Shown piece by piece: positions 6,571 to 15,153 of a DNA stretch of 40,034 nt. The translations under genes and the position numbers were made by a program. The stretch comes from a virus. The DNA lies in IMG/VR virus record IMGVR_UViG_3300036944_000427, positions 1 through 40,034 of that record, one strand, 5' to 3'. The first letter of the stretch is position 1. Every line of letters starts with the position of its first letter. The notes below the pieces were generated by a model. That model searched no databases. It worked only from the letters and a program-made list of their open reading frames with translations, and was not told the DNA's origin.

Positions 6571-6848
6571 CAGACGAAAACGTGGTCCCCATACTGGCGG
6601 GCCGGTCTATTACGTGCACCGCCTTGGATGCCTTTATTCAAGATCTAAAACTTAAGTTTCAGGAGCATATGGACGAGGAAAATTGCGAACCGTTGGTTTT
6701 TTACATGGCACTTACCACCGCAACAGGTCCGGTCTACGCCCTGTTAGACACAACGCAAAGTCCCGAAAGCATCCGGTCTTCCGAGGTAAAGGCAAAAGTT
6801 TTTTTTCACCTGCAATACGAGCTTACAAATGACATTTATCAAATCTAA
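6567..6848 (+). CDS. Hypothetical protein (93 aa)
   Basis: Uses the internal ATG at 6567 of ORF 6540..6848, forming an ATGA overlap. It lies in a lower-GC stretch. Confidence 0.6.
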   Translation: MTDENVVPILAGRSITCTALDAFIQDLKLKFQEHMDEENCEPLVFYMALTTATGPVYALLDTTQSPESIRSSEVKAKVFFHLQYELTNDIYQI

Positions 6849-6850
6849 GG

Positions 6851-7114
6851 ATGAAAATAATGATACAGATTAACAATAAAATCGTCTCTAATTGGCTCAA
6901 AATTGCCACGGATCTGCAATCTCAACTGCTTGCGTCTGAAGAGGACAAAATAAAATTGTCAGCCGAAGTCGAGCGGCTGCGGGAGGCTTTGACCACGATT
7001 GCCGGTCCGCCAGAGCGCGACCCTGATTTGCCACCGATTTATCAGCCCCGGTGGAGCGTCGAACAATGCCGCTACATCGCCCGCGACGCCCTACAGCCCA
7101 AGGAGGGGGAGTGA
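6851..7114 (+). CDS. Hypothetical coiled-coil protein (87 aa), paralogue of 6044..6298
   Basis: Contains EVERLREALTTIAG and ends in ...ARDALQPKEGE. The 41-nt 3' junction is 39/41 identical to 6260-6300. Confidence 0.65.
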   Translation: MKIMIQINNKIVSNWLKIATDLQSQLLASEEDKIKLSAEVERLREALTTIAGPPERDPDLPPIYQPRWSVEQCRYIARDALQPKEGE

Positions 7115-7719
7115 TGAGCACAAAACCGCCCGTCTACGCATGGCCGCAAGAGGCCATCGACACCATGATCAGGCTTTACGTCAAGGGCGACAGCGCCAGC
7201 CAGATCGCCAAGGCCTTAGGCAATGGCCTGACCCGTAACGCCGTGATTGGTAAGTTGAACCGCTTGAGAGACAAGGGTTTGCGCCCTGAGTTGAGCCTGC
7301 ACGTCATTTCGGTTAAGAGGGCTAACGGCCAACAGATCAACCGCATCAACGCGGCCAAACTGGCGACGCCATACCGGCCCCAGCCTAAACCGGCCAAGGT
7401 CATCCTGTTCAAGGCTCCGACCATGCCCAAGCCCGCGCCACCACCGCCGCCAGCAGCCGCGCCAGAGCCGACAGGCGCACATGCCGCTATCTTGGCAAAC
7501 CTCCGCCCACGGGGCTGCAAATGGATCGTGGAAGACTTCCTGATTGGCCAGGGCGACGAAGCGCCCATGTGCGGCGAACTACGCTCCGGCGAATCGCCTT
7601 ACTGCGAGCACCACCGCCGAATCGGCAAGACCTCATGGCCTGATCGAAAGGTCGAGGCCAGCAACCGGGGGCTTAGACGCTTAGGCGCATGGGCCACCAA
7701 GAACGTATACGGATCATGA
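7114..7719 (+). CDS. gcrA: GcrA-family cell-cycle regulator homologue (201 aa)
   Basis: Uses the internal ATG at 7114 (TGATG overlap). The N-terminal W..E.ID.MIRLYVKGDSASQIAKALGNGLTRNAVIGKLNRL matches the GcrA DNA-binding domain. A Pro/Ala-rich linker follows. The C-terminal CKWIVED...PMCGE...SPYCEHH matches the GcrA C-terminal domain. Confidence 0.9.
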   Translation: MSTKPPVYAWPQEAIDTMIRLYVKGDSASQIAKALGNGLTRNAVIGKLNRLRDKGLRPELSLHVISVKRANGQQINRINAAKLATPYRPQPKPAKVILFKAPTMPKPAPPPPPAAAPEPTGAHAAILANLRPRGCKWIVEDFLIGQGDEAPMCGELRSGESPYCEHHRRIGKTSWPDRKVEASNRGLRRLGAWATKNVYGS

Positions 7720-7721
7720 AA

Positions 7722-7760
7722 AAAGCCCCCGCCGGAATTATCCAGCGGGGGCTTTATTTT
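7722..7760. terminator. Bidirectional rho-independent terminator between convergent operons
   Basis: The stem aaagcccccgc (7722-7732) pairs with gcgggggcttt (7745-7755). It is flanked by an A-run on the 5' side and ttatttt on the 3' side. It lies between the gcrA stop (7719) and the stop of the minus-strand helicase gene (7759). Confidence 0.8.
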
Positions 7761-9171
7761 ATGCCGGATCTTCTTTTTGCGCCTGTTTCTCACGATAGGC
7801 CGCGTATCGTTTGGCGATGATCTCTCGCCTATGCCCGCCCTCCCACAGACGACGCAAGTCGCTGCGAGTATGGCGCTCGATGAGTTCGGGAATAGCAAAG
7901 ATGCGCTTCTTGACTTGGTAATCTGAAGATCCGACCATTCCGGCATCGACCCAGCCGCCGTCTCGCAAGGCCCGTTTCATCATGGTGTGAGAGATCTTGA
8001 TGCCCTCCGGCGCTTCCTTGTTGACCATCTTTAGGGTTTCAAACAGAGGCGTTCCGATAATTCCGCGATCAAAGGCACCGACGCGCAATTGGACTTGGCT
8101 CAAGATCCAACTCTCTGCGGTGGTCATGTTGTATGAGATCAGGTCGTGCTTAAATTTCGTCATGGGGGGTGCAGCGCCGGGATTGAACGCTTGCACGTCA
8201 CGATTCCAAAGCCACTTGGCCACAGCCTCATACCCGCCGGTCTCGTACCAATCCCACATGGCCTTGGAATCGAACTCACTCATCCGGCCATTGTGCGACC
8301 AGACGCAGAACCAGCGCCGGTCCTGATTTTCTAGCTTGATCGGCACAGCCTCATTGCTGAACGCGATCACGATGGAACGATTGAGCATTTCGTAAGGATG
8401 CAGCCGTTTGCGATGAACCGTAATCATATCGGGCGGTGTCGCGATCACAGGCTTTAATTTATTGGCAAAGGCCCGACGCTCACGCGAATCAGGCTCTTTC
8501 AATTCGTTGATGATCAGCACCTCACTTTCGAGGTGATACCCCCATGCAGATGATAGGGTTTCATTGCTGGCAAGGCCACGGTTGCGAAGGTCTGGACCGC
8601 ACACCGCATGAATGAACGGTGCCCACATTGTGTCCTTACCGCAGCCCTCGACGCCGCCGTGCAGACAGGCATGGTTGATCTTGCGGTGAGGCACTTGCAG
8701 CTTGTAAGCCATCATATCCCAAATGTGATTGCGCTCGTAATCATCCGGCACAAGCACCTTGCAGTGGTCAAGCCAACGCTGCGGATCTTGGGCCTTCTCA
8801 GGGATCGGGGGCCGCGTATTCATCCACCTGTTGCCAAAGATCTCACCATTGCGGGCCACCAGCACACTTTCGCCAGGTGCATAGGTAATGCCGGCAAGGA
8901 TCTTGCCGTTCATAGCGTTGCGGTTTTCGTCATAGCAGACGCTAGCTTCCACTCGCCTATTGTGGTGGATGCTGCGGCAATTGAGGTGACGGAACAGAGA
9001 GTTGAACGTGCCGCGAGGGATCTCCCGCCGGTCCTGCATGTCAAAGAAACTATCGTCTACTGAGATGTAGGCGAATCGCTCGTACCATTGGCTTTTCTCG
9101 ATACGGTCGAGTTGCCTGTTTTCGACTTCCTCTAAGATTGTCTTGAGTCTCATCATGCTATCCTTTGCCAA
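7759..9171 (-). CDS. SF3 (D5/P4-primase C-terminal, DUF5906-like) helicase / NTPase (470 aa)
   Basis: Walker A is LHGGVEGCGKDT, Walker B-like is VLIINELKE, and motif C-like is IVIAFSNE. The preceding WLDHCKVLVPDD...IWDMMAYKL resembles a D5_N-type region. Confidence 0.7.
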   Translation of the reverse strand: MAKDSMMRLKTILEEVENRQLDRIEKSQWYERFAYISVDDSFFDMQDRREIPRGTFNSLFRHLNCRSIHHNRRVEASVCYDENRNAMNGKILAGITYAPGESVLVARNGEIFGNRWMNTRPPIPEKAQDPQRWLDHCKVLVPDDYERNHIWDMMAYKLQVPHRKINHACLHGGVEGCGKDTMWAPFIHAVCGPDLRNRGLASNETLSSAWGYHLESEVLIINELKEPDSRERRAFANKLKPVIATPPDMITVHRKRLHPYEMLNRSIVIAFSNEAVPIKLENQDRRWFCVWSHNGRMSEFDSKAMWDWYETGGYEAVAKWLWNRDVQAFNPGAAPPMTKFKHDLISYNMTTAESWILSQVQLRVGAFDRGIIGTPLFETLKMVNKEAPEGIKISHTMMKRALRDGGWVDAGMVGSSDYQVKKRIFAIPELIERHTRSDLRRLWEGGHRREIIAKRYAAYREKQAQKEDPA

Positions 9172-11063
9172 ACACCATAGCCAATTTTCTTAACAAGACC
9201 GCGCTTAAACATTCCGTCTAAAGCACGCTTTATACCTTTGGTGACGGACGATTCACTGTCGCCCTTGTCGGCCAATTTCTTAATATCGTCCTCACTAACC
9301 AAGCCGCCAGTAGCAAGGGCTTTGACACACAAGGCATCATATTTGGAGAACCTACCGCCACCTTCGCTCACATTTGGCGCAGCCGTGTGACGCGCAACCA
9401 GTGACGAAATCTCGTCCCCGTCTTCATCGTGTCCCAGAACAGAGCGCGTCATCTCGAAATAGAGATCATCAACCTTGTCGCCGTCTTTCATCTTGTGGAC
9501 AGATAGGCGAGCGATAGGGCGTTCAGGATCTGGCCGGAACACGCCAAGGATAAAATCTAGATTGGCTGTGATGGCAGACGAACCGCGTGGACGCTCTGCC
9601 GCGCTGTGGCCCGTGTGGTGAACCACGATCACCGTGCAATTGAACGCCGCACGGATCTCGGTGTTAATCATGCGAAGGTAGTCACCAATGTCACTCGATG
9701 AGTTTTCGTCACCGTTGAAGGTCTGCGACAGGGTGTCGATCACGACCAGCTTAGGACGCTCTGGCAAGGCAGCGATAGCCGCCTTCATAGCCGCGACTTC
9801 TTCAACGGCGGAAAGCAGCAACGGCGTGATGCAGATGTTGATACTGTTATCAGGCACGAGGCCAAACTGATTATGCCAAGCCACCAAACGCCGATAGATA
9901 CCGGCCCCGCCTTCAGCCGCAAGATAGGCGATGGCACCTTTTTTGGTACGCTTGCCCGCCCATTCCATTTCATGGACCATGTGCATGGCTAGGTCGATGG
10001 CGATAAATGATTTGTACGTCCCCGACGCGCCAAAGATCATGCCCATGCTGTCCTCTGGCACCAAACCCTTGACCGCCCAACGCACGTTGCGCGTTAGATC
10101 GCCCAAAGCCTCCATGCCCATGAACAGACCGCCGGGGGCAATCTCTGCAATGCGCTCCTCACTAGGCGCATATTTCTGCGCCGAGGCCACCATGCGAGAC
10201 AGATCTTGGCCGAAGCGGGCCTCCCACCGTGCGAGATCCGCGCCCGTCTCAGGCCGCGTTGCGAGCATCAAAGAGCGTAGGTTATTGACCACCGCGCCGG
10301 GGGCCATGCCCGCCGCGATCATGCCAGACGATAGCTTCAGCAGCGGATCATGATAAGACCGCTCATCCATGTTGGTCGTAATGAGGCTTTTGTACAGATC
10401 AACCGCCGTCAGGCTGGTCTTGTCCAAATCCTTGGCCGCTGAAGGCGCTGCGCGAGCGCCTGACCGGATCTCTTCAAGGTCTAGGCCGAATGTAGCCACA
10501 GCGTCCGCAAGGCTGTAGGTGGCTGTGAGATCGGCTTGCAGAACCTTGGTCGCAAAGACGCCTGTGTCACGCTGCTTAGTGTTGCAGCCTGTCGGGAGAC
10601 GGCCATATCGAACAATGTTGTTACCGCTAGCATCTGCGCCGATCAGGTTAGCCGCTGCCATGCGCTGCAAGACTAGATCAATCAGGCCTTGGTCGCGGGC
10701 ATCCGGATCATCGCGGTCGATCAGTACGCCAACCTGATAGTTGCCGGGGGACGTCTCGATTGTGTAGGACGGGTTGCCAAACAATTCGTCAGGCTGTGCG
10801 TCATCTGCCAGCAGGACGCAAAGGCGAACAAACGTGTCTTTAGATCGACGGCGCTTGTCCGCCGCCATGATAGACACGCAAAAGAAATTGTTGTCACTGA
10901 CCCGCTTGTCGATCAGGTTTTTCTGACCTGGCGATCCGGTCCAAGCATTGCCGCCCCAGACAGTCGGTTCCGACTTATTGGGGTCAGAGGCAAAACTCGT
11001 GGTCCAGCCGTAATTGTCCTGTATCGCGCCATAGACGGCGCGAAGGAAATCTGAATTATCCAT
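9153..11063 (-). CDS. Primase (RepB/prim-pol-like N-terminus) fused to a RecA-fold AAA_25/RepA-like helicase, with a C-terminal wHTH-like tail (636 aa)
   Basis: The start is set at MDNSDF (ATG 11063). The N-terminus has VLLADD...YTIETSPGNYQVGVLI (acidic motif plus ETSPGNYQ, reminiscent of RepB-type primases). The central region has GMIFGASGTYKSF (Walker A), VVIDTLSQ (Walker B) and VIVVHHTGH. Confidence 0.7.
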   Translation of the reverse strand: MDNSDFLRAVYGAIQDNYGWTTSFASDPNKSEPTVWGGNAWTGSPGQKNLIDKRVSDNNFFCVSIMAADKRRRSKDTFVRLCVLLADDAQPDELFGNPSYTIETSPGNYQVGVLIDRDDPDARDQGLIDLVLQRMAAANLIGADASGNNIVRYGRLPTGCNTKQRDTGVFATKVLQADLTATYSLADAVATFGLDLEEIRSGARAAPSAAKDLDKTSLTAVDLYKSLITTNMDERSYHDPLLKLSSGMIAAGMAPGAVVNNLRSLMLATRPETGADLARWEARFGQDLSRMVASAQKYAPSEERIAEIAPGGLFMGMEALGDLTRNVRWAVKGLVPEDSMGMIFGASGTYKSFIAIDLAMHMVHEMEWAGKRTKKGAIAYLAAEGGAGIYRRLVAWHNQFGLVPDNSINICITPLLLSAVEEVAAMKAAIAALPERPKLVVIDTLSQTFNGDENSSSDIGDYLRMINTEIRAAFNCTVIVVHHTGHSAAERPRGSSAITANLDFILGVFRPDPERPIARLSVHKMKDGDKVDDLYFEMTRSVLGHDEDGDEISSLVARHTAAPNVSEGGGRFSKYDALCVKALATGGLVSEDDIKKLADKGDSESSVTKGIKRALDGMFKRGLVKKIGYGVWQRIA

Positions 11064-11071
11064 TGTGTGCC

Positions 11072-11305
11072 TTAAGGGCGGGGGTGGCCGGACAAATCGT
11101 ACACGTCTAAGGCGGGGCAAAGGGCCAAGATATTATCCCAATGCCTTTGAGGAATAACGCCGCCGGTCCCGCCCTGCTCGACGGGGGTTATCCAGCGGCT
11201 GACAGCCGATTGCGTAAGACCCAGCAATGAGGCCGTATGGGTTACGTCCCCAATTGTCGTAACGACACTATATGCCGGTTCGCACCGATATTTAATTTTG
11301 GCCAT
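11072..11305 (-). CDS. Cro/YdaS-like helix-turn-helix regulator (77 aa)
   Basis: Uses the internal ATG at 11305 with GAGGA 6 nt upstream. HTASLLGLTQSAVSRWI is a classic HTH. It is the first gene of the leftward replication operon. Confidence 0.7.
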   Translation of the reverse strand: MAKIKYRCEPAYSVVTTIGDVTHTASLLGLTQSAVSRWITPVEQGGTGGVIPQRHWDNILALCPALDVYDLSGHPRP

Positions 11306-11436
11306 GACATCCTCTTCTATGTGCGGAAATGCTGGCACAAAATAAAATAACAAGCAATCCACATTATTTGATAAAATCATATTGCGTTTTCAGATGGCCT
11401 GATATTAGATGGTCGAACTTCAACGGAGCAAACCAA
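11306..11436. promoter_or_regulatory. AT-rich divergent promoter/operator region
   Basis: A 131-bp AT-rich gap between divergent genes. AGATGG is repeated at 11392-11397 and 11407-11412. TGAT-aaa-ATCA is a small palindrome. TTGCGT-N17-TTAGAT is a sigma70-like candidate for the rightward operon. Confidence 0.5.
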
Positions 11437-11838
11437 ATGACCAACGATGATAACCTACAAGCCTTGGCAATGTTCTGGCTCGCAGCCAAGGGCGAGGAAC
11501 TGGCGGCAAACCAACGCCGCCTAGATATCGAAGACCAGATCGTTCAGGCCATCAAGCCAAACAAGGACGGCAAGTCCACCTTCAAGCTGGACGGCGGACT
11601 GAAGATTTGCATTACCCTCAAGACCAATTTCAAGGCCGACGATATGGCCGCGCTTGAGGTTTTGACCGCAGAGTGGCCTGAGAATTTCCAGCCTGTGCGG
11701 ATCAAGAAAGAACTCAACGAGACGAAGCTAAAGGATCTGCGGGAATACCGCGCAGACCTTTGGAAGGGCCTTGCCAAACACATCACGTCAAAGGCCGCGA
11801 AGCCTTACGTGCAAATCGAATCTGGGGAGGACAAGTAA
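11437..11838 (+). CDS. Hypothetical coiled-coil protein (133 aa); its position is analogous to Gp157-like proteins upstream of AAA_24
   Basis: Uses the internal ATG at 11437, with acGGAG upstream. Only synteny supports the family guess. Confidence 0.5.
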   Translation: MTNDDNLQALAMFWLAAKGEELAANQRRLDIEDQIVQAIKPNKDGKSTFKLDGGLKICITLKTNFKADDMAALEVLTAEWPENFQPVRIKKELNETKLKDLREYRADLWKGLAKHITSKAAKPYVQIESGEDK

Positions 11839-12252
11839 ATGGATTATCACAAATACGGCCCCAAAGGTCACATCATTGACGCCTTCAACGCGCATCTTCA
11901 GGCTATGAACCGGGATGATTGGGAAAAAATTTTTAACGGATACCTTTGTTCCGATGACGCCTATGTGAAACACGCGGCGGGAATGGCCGGGGGCGTCGCA
12001 AGAATAGCAACAGGCAGTATGAATTGGTTTCACGCGGCGGATGAGGCAAGAGAAATCACACAAGACGCCGTGGTTAAAGGCGAAACGGATATTGCGGGGA
12101 GAGCCGTTGTAGGATTTGCAATGTATGCCGTTGACGAAATATTGGCGTCCGACTTATTTCGCAGCCGAAACCAGCCCTTCTATTTTTTACCCATGTTCGG
12201 CTTTGCCGATGAGCGGGCTATTATTGAACAGGAGCTAATGAATGGCCTTTGA
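11839..12252 (+). CDS. Hypothetical protein (137 aa)
   Basis: The ATG abuts the previous TAA. No recognisable motif. Confidence 0.6.
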   Translation: MDYHKYGPKGHIIDAFNAHLQAMNRDDWEKIFNGYLCSDDAYVKHAAGMAGGVARIATGSMNWFHAADEAREITQDAVVKGETDIAGRAVVGFAMYAVDEILASDLFRSRNQPFYFLPMFGFADERAIIEQELMNGL

Positions 12253-12970
12253 TCTCAAGAGCATCAGCCGCAACGACAACACCGCGCCGCCGCGCCTCAT
12301 GGTCTACGGCGTCGAGGGTATCGGCAAGTCCACCTTCGCCGCTGGCGCACCAGACCCAATCTTTATCCTCACAGAGGATGGTTTAGGATCTTTGGACGTC
12401 GAGCATTTTCCGATTGCTCATTCACTGGATAACGTGATGGACGCCATTGGCTCGCTGTACGCTGAAGACCATCCCTACAAAACGGTGGTGCTTGACAGCT
12501 TGGATTGGCTGGAAGCCATCATCCACCGTGAGATGGAAGCCAAGCACGACGCCAAAGACCTTGCCTACGGCAAAGGCGCAATGATCGCAGCCCAACAATG
12601 GCGCGACGTTCTGGACGGGCTTAACGCCCTGCGGAACGATAAGCAGATGACTGTGATACTTTTGGCACACAACACAATTAAACGGTTCGACAGTCCTGAA
12701 GTCGAGCCGTTTGACCGCTACCAGCCCAAGCTGCAAGAGCGCAGCAACGCGGTGGTGCGGGAATGGGCGGACGCCGTTATGTTCGCCAACTACAAGACCA
12801 TCGTCAAAAAGGACGACGTTGGTTTTAACAAGACCGTGGCCAGAGGGATCTCATCCGGTGAGCGTATGCTGTTCACCACCGAGCGCCCTGCCTACATGGC
12901 CAAGAACCGCTACAATCTGCCCGACAGCATTCCGCTGACTTGGGACGCCTTTGCAAACGCAATCAAATAG
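12242..12970 (+). CDS. AAA_24 / Sak4-like RecA-fold recombination ATPase (242 aa)
   Basis: Contains LMVYGVEGIGKSTFAA (Walker A), followed by PIFILTEDG and VVLDSLDWLE (Walker B). This is the typical phage AAA_24 layout. GGAG lies 7 nt upstream. Confidence 0.85.
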   Translation: MAFDLKSISRNDNTAPPRLMVYGVEGIGKSTFAAGAPDPIFILTEDGLGSLDVEHFPIAHSLDNVMDAIGSLYAEDHPYKTVVLDSLDWLEAIIHREMEAKHDAKDLAYGKGAMIAAQQWRDVLDGLNALRNDKQMTVILLAHNTIKRFDSPEVEPFDRYQPKLQERSNAVVREWADAVMFANYKTIVKKDDVGFNKTVARGISSGERMLFTTERPAYMAKNRYNLPDSIPLTWDAFANAIK

Positions 12971-12981
12971 GAACTGAAAAC

Positions 12982-13446
12982 ATGGCTACCATCGACTTTG
13001 ACGTTTCGTCATACGAAGCCCCTAAGAGCAACTTTGACCCTCTGCCACGCGGCGAATATCTTGCCATCGTGACCGAGAACCAGATGAAGGCTACCAAGTC
13101 CGGCACTGGGGAATATCTCGAACTGGTCATCCAGATCGTGGACGGTGAGTTTTCCGGTCGCAAGATCTGGGAACGCCTGAACATCCACAATGCCAACGAG
13201 GTCGCGGAGACTATCGCCCGCGCCGCTCTGAAGTCCATCAGCCAGGCTTGCGGCATTGAGGCCCTGTCCGATACGGACATGCTGAATGATACGCCGTTCA
13301 CCATCGTCTTGGACATCGACCGCAAAGACCCGACACGCAACCGCGTTATGGGCTACAAGGCCGCAGGAGCCGCGTCAGCGCCTGTTGCGCGTCCTGCGGC
13401 TACCAAGGCAGCGCCAGCCGCTGCCAAGCCTTGGGAGCGTAAGTAA
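12982..13446 (+). CDS. DUF669-family protein (SSB-like partner of AAA_24) (154 aa)
   Basis: Uses the internal ATG at 12982. FDPLPRGEYLAIVTENQMKATKSGTGEYLELVIQIVDGEFSGRKIWERLNI matches the DUF669 pattern. The tail is Ala/Pro-rich. Confidence 0.75.
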   Translation: MATIDFDVSSYEAPKSNFDPLPRGEYLAIVTENQMKATKSGTGEYLELVIQIVDGEFSGRKIWERLNIHNANEVAETIARAALKSISQACGIEALSDTDMLNDTPFTIVLDIDRKDPTRNRVMGYKAAGAASAPVARPAATKAAPAAAKPWERK

Positions 13447-14457
13447 GTGACCAAGCCCGATCAGTTGACGAGCCAAGCCATAACGGCATGGTACGAGGCC
13501 AAACCACAAGACTTCCGCGACCATCTCGGCGCGTCCCTGATCGGGCATTCTTGCAACAGGTATTTATGGCTCACCTTCCGGTGGGCCGTAATGCCCAAGT
13601 TTGAAGGGCGCATGTTGCGCCTGTTCAATACCGGCAATCGTGAGGAGATCCGCATTGCCGAAGAACTGCGCGGCATAGGCGTAGAGCTTTATACGGATGA
13701 GGGCGGCAAGCAGATCAGTGTGCGTGACGAATCTGGCCACTTTGGCGGTTCGGTTGACGGCATTGGCAAGAACTTCCCCGAATATCCAGAGGACTGGATG
13801 GTCCTTGAGTGCAAGACCATGAACGATAAGACGTTCAGCAAACTTAAGGATTGGTCCGTCGAGAGCCAGAAGCCCCAGCACTACGCGCAGATGCAGACCT
13901 ATATGGGTTTCCTTGGCTTGCCCTATTCCATGTACATGGCCGTCAATAAGAACACAGACGCCGTGTACACTGAGGTGGTGCCATACCATGAGCCTGCGTT
14001 TAGATCGCTGCTAGAGCGGGCCAACACCATCGTCAACGCCAAGCAAGCCCCGCTGAAACTGAGCGATGACCCGTCATATTGGGAATGCAAATTCTGCGAT
14101 ATGTATGACCTGTGCCACCAAGAGGCCGTTGCCGAGGTCAACTGCCGAACATGCGCTCACTCAACGCCCGTGGCTGACGGCAAGTGGCGCTGCGAACTGG
14201 CAGACAAATTCCTTACTTCTGCGGCGCAGCGCAAGGGCTGTGACCAGCATCTGCTCATACCGGATTTCGTACCCAATGCTGACCCGATTGACGCTGGCGT
14301 CAACTTCATTGAGTACAAGCACCGCGAGACCGGCGAGACGTTCATACACGGCGCAAAGGCTATGCCGCCTAAGCAAAGCCTAGCCCAACGTAAACAGGCC
14401 ATGAAAGGCCAAGGGTCTAACAATGGAGTACCGTTCGATGACACTTGCCCATTTTAG
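13447..14457 (+). CDS. Cas4-like PD-(D/E)XK nuclease with an Fe-S Cys motif and an extra Cys-rich C-terminal extension (336 aa)
   Basis: GTG start immediately after the previous TAA. The catalytic triad is GGSVDGIG ... LECK (D...ExK). The cysteines are Cys (GHSC) ... CKFCDMYDLC (C-x2-C-x5-C). A further CRTC...C...C..H cluster follows. Confidence 0.7.
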   Translation: MTKPDQLTSQAITAWYEAKPQDFRDHLGASLIGHSCNRYLWLTFRWAVMPKFEGRMLRLFNTGNREEIRIAEELRGIGVELYTDEGGKQISVRDESGHFGGSVDGIGKNFPEYPEDWMVLECKTMNDKTFSKLKDWSVESQKPQHYAQMQTYMGFLGLPYSMYMAVNKNTDAVYTEVVPYHEPAFRSLLERANTIVNAKQAPLKLSDDPSYWECKFCDMYDLCHQEAVAEVNCRTCAHSTPVADGKWRCELADKFLTSAAQRKGCDQHLLIPDFVPNADPIDAGVNFIEYKHRETGETFIHGAKAMPPKQSLAQRKQAMKGQGSNNGVPFDDTCPF

Positions 14458-14917
14458 GCCCATCATAGGAATTGACCCCGGCCTTGGCGGCGCTCTGGCG
14501 CTCTTGCACGACGGGGAGCTAGAGATCCACGATATGCCGACGATCCAGGACGGCACCAAGCGGCGGGTAGATCACGCCCAATTGGCAGTCATCTTGGATA
14601 TATGGGCCAAATGGCAGGGCGTCACTTGCGTCATAGAGAAGGTGGCGTCCATGCCGGGGAACGGCCATGCCGGCGCATTTACCTTTGGCCGCGCTGCTGG
14701 TGTGGTTATCGGTGCCGTCGCCGCTAACTTCATCCCCATCGTGGAAGTGACGCCGCAAGTATGGAAGCGTAAGACGCAGACGCCGACCGACAAGGACGGG
14801 GCCAGGCTGCGAGCCTCGGAGCTATTCCCGCGCTATGCGGGGCAGTGGGCTAGGGTAAAGGACGATGGGCGGGCCGAAGCCGCGCTCATTGCCTATTACG
14901 GTCGAGAGCACGCCTAG
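14438..14917 (+). CDS. RuvC-like Holliday junction resolvase (159 aa)
   Basis: Contains IIGIDPGLGGALALL, VIEKV, FGRAAGVVIGA and DDGRAEAALIA, which are the RuvC catalytic acidic motifs. The alternative in-frame start is ATG 14423. Confidence 0.85.
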   Translation: MTLAHFRPIIGIDPGLGGALALLHDGELEIHDMPTIQDGTKRRVDHAQLAVILDIWAKWQGVTCVIEKVASMPGNGHAGAFTFGRAAGVVIGAVAANFIPIVEVTPQVWKRKTQTPTDKDGARLRASELFPRYAGQWARVKDDGRAEAALIAYYGREHA

Positions 14918-15153
14918 CGCGGCCAAGCCTTCACGGTCAGCCTGTGGCGCGTGGCACAGTCTTCATAGGCGCTAAGCACGCCGACCTCCCACTCTAGGCG
15001 AGCAGGATCAATGGCTGGTTGCGGCGGGAGCGGCAGACTTGGGCACGGCGAGGCTAGGTTCGCCGGTAGCGACATTGGCGTCACGGACACCGTTGACGAG
15101 CAGGCCGTACATAGGGTCAGGCAGAGCGCACTCAGCAGGAACAGCGGGAGCAT
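14914..15153 (-). CDS. o-spanin (outer-membrane lipoprotein, Rz1-like), overlapping the i-spanin gene in another frame (79 aa)
   Basis: Uses the internal ATG at 15153 of ORF 14914..15375. MLPLFLLSALCLTLCTAC is a signal peptide with a lipobox-like Cys, followed by a Pro-rich mature part. The gene starts inside the i-spanin gene and extends past it. Confidence 0.65.
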   Translation of the reverse strand: MLPLFLLSALCLTLCTACSSTVSVTPMSLPANLASPCPSLPLPPQPAIDPARLEWEVGVLSAYEDCATRHRLTVKAWPR

